A stretch of DNA of 64,000 bases from Octopus vulgaris. Lineage: Eukaryota. This document shows, piece after piece, positions 13,090 to 25,598 of the stretch; positions within the stretch are counted from its first letter, which is position 1; each line of letters opens with the position of its first letter. The notes beneath the pieces were generated by a model, which did not search any database, was not told the origin of the DNA, and saw nothing but the letters and a program-made list of their open reading frames with translations. The position numbers were made by a program, and so were the translations under genes. The stretch lies in NCBI GenBank assembly GCA_951406725.2, contig OX597814.1:46934001-46998000 (forward strand). The letters run 5' to 3'.

Positions 13090-14216
13090 GGTTACTGTTC
13101 ATAAGAAATAGGATCACATGTGGTCGTATCGTGTAGGGAATACGATCGCACGCGGTTCTACTCTTAACGAATTATTACAAGCCATAAATACATGCAGTAG
13201 CAAAAGAACATAAGTGGATTGACAACAAGTCTTCTGTTTGAGAGATAATTATTACTTTATTTACAACCGTGTTGATGTTGGGAGTTTGTAAACGTTAGCA
13301 CGTATGTGCGCATGCAACACGTGTTTGTGTCTGTGTGTTCGTGTGTGTGACAGAACAATCAGGGTGAATGCGGTTGACATAGAAAGGTACCTGATGGTGG
13401 AGGCCGCGAAGATAGTAGGCTTTCTGTGTTGAGTGTACATTAGCGTCATAGCTAGTTGTAGCAGGAACAATCGTATATCATTTGGTTGAGCAGCGCTGTC
13501 TCTGAAGCCAGTTCTTACAAGAACTAAAACTAAAGACAGGTAATTGATTTACTGTTTATGAGGTACACGAAGTGTAAGAGTTCAATATCAAAATGTTGTG
13601 TCTCGGAGCTGAGATTAGTTGAATCACTTGTTGTGTTTATCTTTCTCTTGATATGGATATTCTTTCAGATATATTTACTGTAGCCGTTTTCCCGTGGTGA
13701 GATTTTCACCAAACCGCTTGAGTTGAATCTGTAGTTATCTTGTGTACAAGTTAAATCTTCGTAGACAGAGACGATGTTGGCGATGACGTCGTGTCTGTCG
13801 CTTGGTTTTTGCAGCGTCTTCATTATATGTTCTGCTTGGTTATTTTTCTCTTGATTCCTGCAACTGTTTTTCCGTGGTGAGATTTTCACACTAACAGTAT
13901 GAGTTGAATCTGTAGCCATCTTATGTACAAGCTAAATCTTTGTAGATAGTTTTGCTTGGTGGTCGCCTGCCTTTCGAACTGGAACATGGTTGAGTATGCT
14001 CTGTGTGGTCAGAGGTTTAGCCCTCACAAGGACTAGAAACCAAAGACGAAAGGTGTCTGAAAACACTCCTTTATATACCGTTTGGGTGGCTCAAACGAAA
14101 CTTCAGAAATGGAATCTTAACCAAAGGCCGCGATTGGCTGTTTCGGGACAGTGGCTCGAAAATAAGTGGAGACAAATCGCGTCACGTGTCAACCAATCAG
14201 GTTAGTGGTTACAACA
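13090..14216 (-). mobile_element. Possible solo-LTR-like insertion with an internal ~83-bp duplication
   Basis: Minus strand starts TGTTGTAACC, then CCAAT boxes, TATATAAA (~14070) and AATAAA (~13257); direct duplication 13686-13768/13866-13950; no TSD found. Confidence 0.35.
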
Positions 14217-14229
14217 GGAACAACTCGGC

Positions 14230-16000
14230 CAAAGATGTTTGTAATCTCAAACGAGATCATTCTTAATACTTTTCTCAAACAGTGAAGATAGCAATGAAGA
14301 AAACAATATTGCTACAATGTAAAGACTTATTTCATTTTATAACTTTATTCGTTTTTCGAATATTGCCAGTTTTGTTTTCATTGAGCAAGGATATTTTATT
14401 ACACTATGTGGAGTGCACAAATCAACGCCAAGGAAGTCAAATGGATGCCTGCAAAGGAAAGAAAACGAGACAAGAATAAAATAATTCAAAACAAGCTGAG
14501 CCAGCGCTGAAAAAGAAGGTAAAAAAAAGATGATGAGCAGACTTCATCAAAAGACTCTGCAGATCTATGTTCAACTGATAAAGCTAATTCTTCTGATGCC
14601 AGGTAACACGCATCATACAGGAGATCAGAGAGCAGGTATGACAGAATTAGAAGCAGAAAAGGATGTTCAAATTAACCCTTGTCATGATACTATAAAGGAA
14701 GGGTAGAAGCTAAGCCCGAAAATACATAACTAGGAGACATCCGAAAAGGACATACATTACTTTTGCAAAGTGGAAAACATTGGCATCAAGACTGAGGCTA
14801 TATACAATAACTGAAGCCGTAACTATTGTATTGATGGAAATGGAAAAGAATATGTTTGATATTCTACAAAGCAGAATCTAGCATTCCTTAGCTACAACGA
14901 ATATTAATCTTCACTGACTAAAGAAAGTTTACAACATTTCAACCACCTCAGGTTGAAATGTTGAAATGTTGAAAAAGCACCCAAAGAGATTAGAGCGCAA
15001 TACAATGTAAATTTCGTTATCGATCTTTTATCTTGTACCAAAGTCTCAGAATGAAGTTCCCTGGAAAATTATGTAAAGCGCAAGTTTATCAGAGACATAA
15101 AGTCTGAGAAGTCCTTTAGGGTCATGATCAACTGCTTGCCTGAACATCACACCAGGTGTCCTGAAATGTGTAGATATGTTGGGAAAAAAAGTTGAAGTGA
15201 AAGATGTATTTCTAAAACTTTTCCCTTCAAAGAAGAAAAAAGCAACTGACCTCAGTTATGACATTTTAAAGATATGCGAAGGGTTAGCATGAGTATTTTG
15301 ATGTGCTGCGCTGACGGTCACGTTAATGCTGCCAGTTGGGATCAATGAAGGTGTAGTGACGCCATCTTAGAAATCTCCTGCACGCATGCGCAGAGTTGGA
15401 TTCTTCCGGGAGGCCTGCCGGATGTTTCCTCATGCGCAGAAAACTAGTAGCAGCAAAATTTCCCTCGTATCGGCTTCTCGAACGCTGACAGCCGAACAGG
15501 ACGGTCGTGTTCTAGCAGCTCTCTCAAGCTGCCACCTTGTGGCGTTGCTACGCTATGCTTGAACGGACAGGATTTGGCTCACTCCACTTGACTACTGCGA
15601 CGAGCTCCTAGGCTGCCGAAACGCCCTGAAGAAGAATGTATGTATTGCGAATCCAGAAATAAAAATATTTATGCTTTTGAAGTTAATCGGAAGTCTTGAT
15701 TAATATTTTAATGTAAAGGATGAGAGCTGCACCCTTTCAGTGTTACAGACCTTTCATCCTGTTGCAAAGAGTGCAGTCATTCTCAATAGAAAAAAACAAG
15801 AAACTATATTTTTAGTGGATGTGCCGTCCGGTCAGCGATGTTATATTGAAAATACATCGAATGGAACATTTCCACTTTAGGACTCTTGAGGCAATACTTT
15901 TACCTTACTGCTTCAACCAATTGATAGCATGTGTAATTGGCCACATTAGAGCACCAGTCAAAAGATAATTAACAACTTACTGAAGTGGTCATCAGGATGT
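14230..16000 (+). pseudogene. Very degraded hAT-superfamily transposase
   Basis: Dispersed fragments AKWKTLASRL, KQNLAFL, CRYVG, EVKDVFLKLF, KATDLSYDILK, ILMCCADGHVNAAS (compare hAT CRGQGYDNAA). Confidence 0.45.
15352..15746 (+). mobile_element. Possible solo LTR inserted in the hAT remnant
   Basis: TGTAGTGAC...GTGTTACA termini, GC-rich body, AATAAA near 15658; TSD not matched. Confidence 0.35.
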
Positions 16001-16829
16001 AGTTAAGACAGTTAAAGAAAGTTCGATGTGACTGTGGTGACGATTTAACCTTTTCTGATCCAGATGAAAATTAACACGCAAGAGGAGTAACACAAGATTT
16101 CTTTTACATGCTGTTTTAGCGCGTCCTTTTGGGGGACGGCTAAAATATGTTATATGCTTAATTCGTTAGCAACGAATAACTACGGCGGCACAGAGTGCAC
16201 AATGTCTTCAACAAAAGATTTATTGTAACACAGAGAAAATTTGTACACATACAAATGGAAGTTCAATTCAAACGTATTCATGCAAGTAGAAATTCAATTC
16301 AAACTTGAATGCTGGTTGCAATTCACTTCAGAATTTGTTCAGTGCGTGTTACCAGACTTCAGGTCAACTAGAATAAGTCAAAGGAAAGTACTTATCTAAC
16401 GACCGCTTGTATTGTCTGCCACCGGTGCGTAATGTAAGAACAAGGGAGAGTTTCAAGTCCCAAAGAAATTAATTTAGCTAGTTTCAAGTCCCATACTGGA
16501 CTTGCAAACGTAGATCAGCCAAAAGAGAAATGTTCTGCGTGAGTCGACGTGTGTATCCGTACAGAGCAAAAACGCGACCAGTTTGGTTCTGGAGACGACA
16601 GTCTTTATAGCTACGCCGTTCAGCACCGCCTAGCTGCTAACTATGCGCAAGGGGAGATAACTCGGGATTATACCCCTTTTTTAAGATAAATTAACCTTAT
16701 CACATTAATAATGTCACCGGTGTTCACACACCTCCCCTCTTGTTAATTTTACTCCACTGTTCTACCTGTCCTTTCATTTCATTGTGCTGCCGGTGATGTA
16801 CTTCTGTGCGTTAATCTTATACAGCAATC

Positions 16830-17530
16830 GGATCTTTTCCTTTTGAACGGCACTTTTCAATACAATTTCTAGTTAACTAAACACTTTTAAACTTCGTATA
16901 CTGGTAGAATGTGTCAAAATAAAACATTTTTTTTCTCTTGGCTTTCTTGAGAAGATTGTAATTTGTTTGTTTATCGTAGTTTAATTTTTTGAATTTTAAC
17001 CAATCCTATGCCCTCTATTTAGCTAAAATCATTTGCTGCGTCTAAAGCAGACAACATCCTGTCACTAACCCCAATCCTCACCCTAACCCTAAATTTTAGC
17101 TTTTCGTTTTTTTTTCTTAATTGTTAAATTAATTTAAGGATAACAATTAAGAAAAAAAAAACGAAAGCAAAAACTCAAAACAAAAACAAAACGAATAATT
17201 TTAGACACACGCGTAACAATTAAATTAATTTAACAATTAAGAAAAGGGTTAGGGTTAGGGTTAGGGTGAGGGTTAGGGTTAGAATTAGGGTTAGTGACAG
17301 GATGTTGTCTCAGTTTTAGACGCAGCAAATGATTTTAGCTAAATAGAGGGCATAGGATTGGTTAAAATTCGAAAAATTAAACTACGTTAAACAAACAAAT
17401 TACAATTTTTTCAAGAAAGCCAAGAGAAAAAAATGTTTTATTTTGACACATTCTACCAGTATACGAAGTTTAAAAGTGTTTAGTTAACTAGAAATTGTGT
17501 TGAAAAGTGCCGTTCAAAAGGAAAAGATCT
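16830..17530. mobile_element. MITE/foldback element with ~260-bp TIRs, internal (TTAGGG)n and 8-bp TSD
   Basis: GGATCTTTTCCTTTTGAACGGCAC... / ...GTGCCGTTCAAAAGGAAAAGATCT; CAGCAATC at 16822-16829 and 17531-17538; telomere-like repeats at ~17066-17092 and 17245-17294. Confidence 0.9.
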
Positions 17531-18585
17531 CAGCAATCTTCAGACTTAAGGCTTAGCTCTTGGCAAGGTGGTGACAAAGTTAAGGCGCAAAGACTTTCTC
17601 TACACGAGGAGCGTAATTACACAGGGGCGTATACAAATAAACAGGAGCTTTTAAAATCGCATGAATATGAAATTGCAATAGAGAGAAGAGTCAAGTTCAA
17701 GAGGAAGATGGTAAGGAGCAAGCAGATAATGTTGAATGTATTCCGCAAGAAGATAATAAGAAGGCGGCGCTTGAGAGCATTAATGGCTTCCTTATCATTG
17801 GCACTGATTTATAATTACATTACATTTATTATCATGAAAATTCAACTTATTTCAAATTTTGTGCGAATATTTCAATTGAGTTTTTTTTATTATTGATTGC
17901 TTAATGGAATCAATTGTTTGTAAACGAATTTCATTCAAAGAAAATTGATGCAATTAATTACTTTAATAAGTCAAGTTGGTGATTATTTTAACTGTAAAGT
18001 TAAGGAATTTGATATTTAGACCTGTAGTGAGAATATTCAGCAATCACCGATGTCGCGATTCGCTGGAATGTTGCACAGCATGATCAGCTAATCTGACCGA
18101 TTAAATTTCACCCGAATATTACTCACGTGACCAACAAATCTGGCCAATAGGCTCCAGTGACCATATCAGCTTTTGGCATCTTCCTTTCTGAACCTTTCTA
18201 TCGGTATAAAATGAAACACACTCGCGACTGAGACCCAGAGAGTTTTGAGATGTAGCAGACGACATGGCGAAAAGACACGGGCAGCGGCTGAAACTAGCTA
18301 TTTTCATCATAACGAACTATCGGCAGTAATATAATGACTAACAGTAACTTTTCGGATACTATTATAAACTCCCAACATTTGTTGTAATACTATTTCAATT
18401 ACATCTATTTTAATAGCATCCAAGCTCGTAAAAATTTCAACAAGTCCCGTCGTTTTCTTTGTACAACTGTTGACCTTCGACGCTAGAAATAACAGCTAGC
18501 ACTCAACAGCCAATAGTATGTTTGCAACATCAACAGTCACATACAACTTCTAGCAGATAGCAAATCAGCTCCAATACAAGTGATA

Positions 18586-18893
18586 CTGTTTGTTCCTTCT
18601 CGAGCCATGCCTGGCTCGTAAGGGCCGGTTTCCCGGTTTCCTTGCGTATAGGTTCACTACCTGGACGGGACGCCGGTCCGTCGCAGGTGAGCTGCAAGAT
18701 GCAGGAGGAAAGAGCGAGAGAAAGTTGTGGCGAAAGAATCAGCAGAAGTTCGCCTCGCCATTACCTTCTGTTGGAGCCGCGTGGAGCTTAGGTGTTTCGC
18801 TCATAAACGCACACATCGCCCGGTCTGAGATTTGAATCCGCGATCCCGCGACCGCGAGTCCGTTACTCTAACCACTAGGCCATGTGCCTCCAC
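18586..18893 (-). mobile_element. Full-length tRNA-derived SINE, family C, with 7-bp TSD
   Basis: A box TGGCCTAGTGG, B box GGATTCAAATC on the minus strand; TSD AGTGATA at 18579-18585 and 18894-18900. Confidence 0.9.
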
Positions 18894-19829
18894 AGTGATA
18901 TTCGACAGCCACCAGCTACAAATCCATATTATTTGGGCAAAGCGTTGAAAACTGGTTTTCAATCAGCTATTCATGGATGTTATATGTAGATTAAAAAAAA
19001 ATAATGTATAAAATACTAAAATAATCCATTAATGTATTTTAAGTAGCAATATCGTTTAAAATCAACAAAATTTTGATGTAGATCTTAAACATTTTTATTT
19101 CCAATTCTGTTTTTTTTTTACCAAGTTTCTTTTTACTCACATGAAACTATGCAAGTGGAAACACAGCTAGATGTGCAGATAATGTTACTAGTTGATTGAC
19201 TCAATGTTATTACCATTACATCCAGTGATAAACAAGTGGTAGCAACATCATAAGTTTACTGCAGTGGATGACGCCTAGTAACGCAACTGTTGATATCATA
19301 TAGAAGTGACTGACGTAGTTGTTTATTATTTTCCTTTTCTAGTTTATGATTGTTAACAATTGAAAATAAGGTCGTCACAAATCTTAATTTTGTATCTTTG
19401 TTCAATTCAGAAACGGTCGAAGGAATTTCTTTATCTTTTGTTAAAATTGGGTTAATGAAACCGGTTTTGCTGGTTGGTAAATTCCAATGTTATTTATTGT
19501 TGTATAAACATACTTGCTATTAAAATTATTTTCGAAACGCTGATTCATTTTTGAATTCAATACAAACAAAATATGACCTCAATTGAATTGGCCTAAATGA
19601 AACTGAACCTTAGTTTGTATTGTGAAAAGTTGAGCAATTTCAAGTCTGTAATATGAAACATTTTAATAACATTCCTCCGCCTTCATACATTCTGTTCACT
19701 AAGGTTGAATGAATTGTCAATGACTTGTAATAAATAAACGATATCTTACTGGGCTCCGAGTTAAAAAATGCCCGAGGTTCGATTTTACCTTTAAACTCTT
19801 AAAGTTGTTACAATAAACATCAATGATGT

Positions 19830-20130
19830 GTGAGACGACTGTTGTTATCGCTAGGCCTAACTCATCGTAAAGTCAATACCACCATGACCGATATCCAATC
19901 TACAGTGGAGAAGGCTAGCCACTGAATTTGGTTAAAAAGAGACGATGAGCGATGGCTGGAAGGATATTGAGCTTTATTTGATAACCAGCTGATCTAGCAA
20001 GCGGGGCCTCATATCAGTGAGGGGGGCCGGTGCGCATTGATGCCGTCGAGAGGTAGGCCCCGAAACGGCGCGCATTCTCTCCTGGTGACCCCATACACTT
20101 GCTGGCTTCTGGTATGCGGAGTTATTGACT
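19830..20130 (+). mobile_element. 3' end of a HERO-like (RLE-type) non-LTR retrotransposon with structured 3' UTR
   Basis: VRRLLLSLGLTHRKVNTTMTDIQSTVEKASH*IWLKRDDERWLEGY* resembles the HERO C-terminal AEKAS.WLWL.R...W motif; GC-rich UTR follows. Confidence 0.6.
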
Positions 20131-20554
20131 GGTAGCACTTGCATGTGCAAGTTGTTTTCAAGACATCACTACATTGATTCAATAGCTATACTCGTTTCTT
20201 TCAACAACTGGCGTGGTATCAAAATAAATGAGTTAAATAAAAACTTGAAATTTCGATAATGAAGACGTTTTATCAAAATAACTGATGTACAAGGATTCTC
20301 TGTGTCACGAGAGCAATAAGTTTCTTAAAGCTTGTCGTCACTTGAATTCATGTAACCTGAGATCAATCTTCTCGTTGATTTTCATGTTGTAATGTGATAA
20401 TGCATTCTGACGGATAGTTTCGTGGTGGTGGTGAAAAAAATAAAAAAGCAACTCGAACATTTTTGTTTTATGTATGAAAACAACAATTTCTAAACATACA
20501 TTGAACAATAGGTATAAATAAAAGCATTTGACCTAAATTTGAACTAAATTCCAA

Positions 20555-20590
<36 letters not shown>

Positions 20591-20683
20591 TTCAGCAAAA
20601 TTTAGATTCAGATGAATATGGTACTTAAGTTAAAGGCACCAGAATTTAGTATGGTATTATCCATATAAATCAAATGGGGTGAT

Positions 20684-21096
20684 TATAATCAAAATAAGCA
20701 ACAAAGATATCCAAGGTAGTGTAGTACAATTGTTTCATGCTACTTAAGTATTACATCAGTTTTAAAATGTCGAGCAATCTTCAGCCACATATAGAATTTT
20801 CAATTAAACTGACAATGCATATTCTTATACATTTGCCAACATTACAAAGAGGGTAAATATATAGACAGAGAAATTAATTTCATCATTAAGAACGTGATAT
20901 ATCTACCTTCAAGGTAATGTTGGCAAATGTATAAGAATATGCATTGTCAGTTTAAGTGAAAATTCTATATGTGGCTGAAGATTGCTCGACATTTTAAAAC
21001 TGATGTAAGACTTATAGTAGTGTTTAATAAAATGAAGCAGCATGAAACAATTATACTACACAACCTTGGATATCTTAGTTGCTTATTTTGATTATA
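20684..21096. repeat. Inverted repeat (~160-180-bp arms, ~70-bp spacer), Penelope pseudo-LTR-like, one hammerhead motif per arm
   Basis: Arm 20684-20845 is the reverse complement of 20914-21096, apart from a ~20-bp indel. Confidence 0.9.
20720..20789 (-). ncRNA. Type-I hammerhead ribozyme motif
   Basis: ugugg-CUGAAGA-u-ugcu...agca-u-GAAA-CAAUUG-UA-cuaca; stem I ugugg/cuaca, palindromic stem III, GUA triplet. The plus copy at 20970-21060 has one stem III mutation. Confidence 0.7.
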
Positions 21097-21246
21097 TATA
21101 TATGCACACACACACACATAAGGATAAAGATATTAAATGGAGTCCATGGGAAAACTCATTTAAATAAAAGAGTTGGGAACCACTGTGAAAAGGTTGGGAA
21201 AAAGCGTGTGTGTGTGTGTGCGTGTGTGCGCGTGTGTGTATATATG

Positions 21247-21277
<31 letters not shown>

Positions 21278-21309
21278 GCATACACACACACATACATACA
21301 TACATACAT

Positions 21310-21371
<62 letters not shown>

Positions 21372-21454
21372 CATTATCATCAATATTTTAAATTTTCAGT
21401 CTTTTTTCTAGAATAAAGTTTATTCGTTGATGGGTCCAGATTGAAGTGGGGAGA

Positions 21455-21600
21455 AAAGGTGGTGAGTGGATTTGTAGACGGAAACTGAAAGAAGCCCGTC
21501 GTATACATCGTATACATACATACATACATACATACATACATACATACATACATACATACATAGACATGTGTTTGTGTGTGTGTGTATGTGTGTGTGAGAG

Positions 21601-21642
<42 letters not shown>

Positions 21643-21825
21643 TGTGTGTGTGTTTGCGTGTGTGTGTGTATGTCTTTGTGTTTGTCCCCACCACTGCTGC
21701 CACCATCACTTGACAAACAATGTTGGTTTCTTTACATCCAGTGAATTAATTATTCGACTACAGCCGTCAAGGCAGTGCCCTAGTATGGCCGCAGTCCAAT
21801 AACTGAAACAAGTAAAAGATAAAAT
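21455..21825 (+). mobile_element. SINE family B with expanded internal microsatellite (5'-truncated)
   Basis: GTGAGTGGATTTGTAGACGGAAACTGAAAGAAGCCCGTCG-[microsatellite]-...ACTGAAACAAGTAAAAGA. Confidence 0.8.
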
Positions 21826-22925
21826 GTATAAAAAAAATTAAGATGATTTTTCAGTTCCGTTCAGCCATTGTCAAACCACTCGGGATGAAAGCCACAGCAT
21901 GCCGTTGCCAGCTTATCTATATTGGTTGTAAGCCTCGTTGTCCACGTTGGCCAATGTTTGTCGAACGAGGTGCACTGCGGAAAGCTGGTTAACCCTGCTC
22001 AGCTGGGTGGAATTTGAACCCAGCGGGGTTAGGGACAGATAATATAAAGCATCTCATCAACGCTCTAACAACCCTTTAATCTACTGCGCAAATTTATTCA
22101 TTGATTCCCTAAGTCATAAAAAGGCAAAGTCGATATATAACTGATAACACTGGGGAACACATATTTCATTGAATGATATCGGACACTTAATTCTAAGTAA
22201 TTTGGGTGCGCTGAATACGAATTTTAATTCAGTTTGGTCTTGATCCTTGTCAACAGTCTTTGTGCCATTTTCTATATTCTTCAAACTAGGACTAAAAAAT
22301 TAAGTCATCTGTTCAAAGAATACAAGCAATTCAAACTACTGTATAATTTACATTATAACGATAGAAATGACTTAAATATTAATGAAAACAAAAAAAAGGC
22401 ACACTCTGCGCACAGATAAATTTTTTCGCAAATTATAGTGTAGCTTACAATGCGTTGCTTACCCATGCTTTTTAATTGAACTGACTTGAGCTTTGTAAGT
22501 GTTTCATTAAAAGAGGATTAGAAGCCGAAAGAGATGGCAACTAAAAGTAGATTTGATAAAATATTGCATAGAATTCGAGAAGTGTTTTCAACGTCTTTCA
22601 AAGATGGCAGGCGAATCAAGCGTACTGTAGTTTGTTGTAGGATATAAATAATATGACCACTTGCTTATCAGGAAATTTGTGAGTTCGATTTTTAAAGAAA
22701 TTTTATTATTGTTTTTGTTTTAAGTATCCCCATCATAAATATTTATACTCCGGAGAAATTGAAAAATCAACTCATAAATAAACGAAACCCTCGAATCCAT
22801 CACTGCGCGCGCGCGCGCACACACACACAGAGTCGCATATGTATGTATGTATGTATGTATCCACACGTGTCTACGTGCATAGGTACAGCATGATCTATAC
22901 ACACGCAGCCGAGAGTCGATTAAAA

Positions 22926-22980
<55 letters not shown>

Positions 22981-23101
22981 GGTGATTCAAAAACTTGATA
23001 TCATTTAAGATGTAAATAAGTGAAAGTACGTCTCACACGCGCGCACGAATTGAACTGACGATCGTGAGCTCAATACCTTAACCACTATACACACAAACAC
23101 A

Positions 23102-23146
<45 letters not shown>

Positions 23147-23270
23147 TGTTGTGTCCGGGGAGAGTCATCTCTTTTGGTGCCTTATAATTTAATACACGCA
23201 CCGGTAAAATCTCCACTTATTTCTTTTTTATCTTTCTAAAATAGTCGTTGACTATTGAAAAGGTTGCAAG

Positions 23271-24000
23271 AATCTGGTGTTGGGTTTGCTCTTAAGAATA
23301 CATTAGTATCCTCCACTGACCCTTAGGTAGGCCTCTCTAAAAGATAGTATATCCATAAGTAGGATCATTTACTTGACCCTCATCAGAGAGACGAGTTTTA
23401 GAGAACGCAACTATATCCAGGGAATATTTCTTGAGCTCACATGCAATAAGTGCAGTACACCTTTCTGGCTTCTTGTTGAAATTATCATCAAGAAGTGTGC
23501 GCACATTCCAACAGCCAAAATTCAAAGGATGTTTATTTTTACTTTTTCTTGAAGATTGTTTGACCACAATGGCAAGATGACGACGGGGTCCAGCCTGTGA
23601 TACACTGGGACACCTGCCAAACCAGACCTGTTCCCATGACGTTCCCAAGCCTTTTTTGCCATTTACTGAATCTGTTTGAGACATTTTAAAGTAAGTAACA
23701 AGTGCATTTTTAGGTTTCTGCCAACCAACCAATTCAATGATTTTACTAAGATTTTGAGTACAGGAAGTACCTGTGCAGATGAATCATTTTCAGTGGGTAT
23801 AGCTTGCACTGCACTACCTACACCTATTGGCCCAAGAAGATTTTCACCGGTGTGACATGAAAATTGACAAAACTAGGAACTTCCAAGGTCTCAGGTTTTA
23901 TTTTGGAGATTTCCTTCTCCTTGGTAGATTACCACCCAATGTTAAAGAGCTTCCACCTGCCCACGAGGTAAGCTATCCCATTCCAGACACCAAACCAACA
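23271..24000 (-). mobile_element. 5' end of an RTE-BovB-like LINE (5' UTR + APE N-terminus)
   Basis: FGCWNVRTLLD...PERCTALIACELKKYSLDIVAFSKTRLSDEGQ...GYTIF; UTR motif CCAAGGAGAAGGAAATCTC. Confidence 0.85.
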
Positions 24001-24254
24001 TTCAAACACTCTATAAAGAAAGAAAGGTACGATGTGATTTGCAAATGTAAATAAGAATTATATATAAATATAAAAAAGTAAAAGATATGCAATAAATATA
24101 AATATGTATATAAAAGTAAAAATATAAATATATATATTTTCAAATAAAAAAATTTAATAACTACGATGGGTGAATAAGAATTACATATAAATAATATTGT
24201 ATAAAGAAAAGTAAAAGATATGCAATTAAAAGATGTAAAATAATATATATATAT

Positions 24255-24416
24255 GTGGCTGTGTGGTAAGTAGCTTGCTAACCAACCACATGGTTTCGGG
24301 TTCAGTCCCACTGCGTGGCATCTTGGGCAAGTGTCTTCTGCTATAGCCCCGGGCCGACCAATGCCTTGTGAGTGGATTTGGTAGACGGAAACTGAAAGAA
24401 GCATGTCGTATATATG

Positions 24417-24449
<33 letters not shown>

Positions 24450-24661
24450 TTGTGTGTCTGTGTTTGTTCCCCTAGCATTGCTTGACAACCGATGCTGGTG
24501 TGTTTACGTGCCCGTCACTTAGCGGTTCGGCAAAAAGAGACCGATAGAATAAGTACAGGGCTTACAAAAAGAATAAGTCCCGGGGTCGAGTTACTCGACT
24601 AAAGGCGGTGCTCCAGCATGGCCGCAGTCAAATGACTGAAACAAGTAAAAGAGTAAAAGAG

Positions 24662-24662
<1 letters not shown>
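24255..24662 (+). mobile_element. SINE family B, near full length
   Basis: A box TGGCTGTGTGG, B-box-like GGTTCAGTCCC, internal (TA)n(TG)n, tail GACTGAAACAAGTAAAAGAGTAAAAGAG. Confidence 0.9.
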
Positions 24663-24709
<47 letters not shown>

Positions 24710-25249
24710 TGAAAATATACAAATATATGCATATAAGAAAAAATAAGATATATACATATTTACAGACATTTTGTTGGATGGCCATTACGCGATCGATCAG
24801 TCACCTTGGGTGACTGAACTCTGGGTTTATGTGGAACACTTGCTGTCGCATTCGAGAAGAGTTCAACTGTCGAGCGAATCTGTAATTTAGATCGTTTCGC
24901 CACCCTGAATAGGGAGGAGCAGATTTGTTTTCTCTCGGTAGATGGTGTTGCGAAGGAGGTAGTATGGAAGACGGGAGTTAAAGGAATTGCGACAGGCATT
25001 TTTATTTCCAGCCTCGGGTTAATGAACTTTTTCGTTTTCCACATGAAACGAAAAATAAGGTTGGAGAAGAAATGCATGTCGCGAAGTGTTTCGTAATAGA
25101 CAGAAGTCTGTAGCAAGTATGTTGCGAGTGAAAGAACCTGTTAAAGCGAGAACAAAAAAAGGAAAAAAACAAAGTCTTCAGTGTGGGAATGTGGTTTGTG
25201 GGATCGACCGAGTCCTCCGCTCCATTTTCTGTTAATCATTCATTCGCAT

Positions 25250-25410
25250 TTTATTGTATATATCAATAATTGTTTATTCATACGTTCGCCCATTCGATCC
25301 CTTGACCCCCCAATATTTGTTTTGTCTGAGCTCGTATCGTCTTCTCTTTTTCTTAACCTTATATGATGAATGAAGAAATTGACTGTTCAGGAGTTCATCC
25401 GCCCTTTATA
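25250..25410 (+). repeat. Interspersed repeat with an inverted copy at 29118-29280
   Basis: TGTTTATTCATACGTTCG...TTCTTAACCTTATATG..GAAATTGACTGTTCAGG..TTCATCCGCCCTTTATA occurs in both orientations. Confidence 0.75.
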
Positions 25411-25425
25411 TATATATATATATAT

Positions 25426-25483
<58 letters not shown>

Positions 25484-25517
25484 ACGCAAGCACACACACA
25501 AACACATACACACACAT

Positions 25518-25596
<79 letters not shown>

Positions 25597-25598
25597 CA

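Noticed and set aside
16148-16820. Another solo LTR on the minus strand
   Set aside because: TATA- and polyA-like signals are present, but no convincing second terminus or TSD.
17245-17294. True telomere or chromosome-fusion scar
   Set aside because: Short, degenerate and symmetric inside a TSD-flanked MITE.
18810-18893. tRNA gene
   Set aside because: A and B boxes are present but it continues into a SINE body with a TSD; the same applies to other SINE heads.
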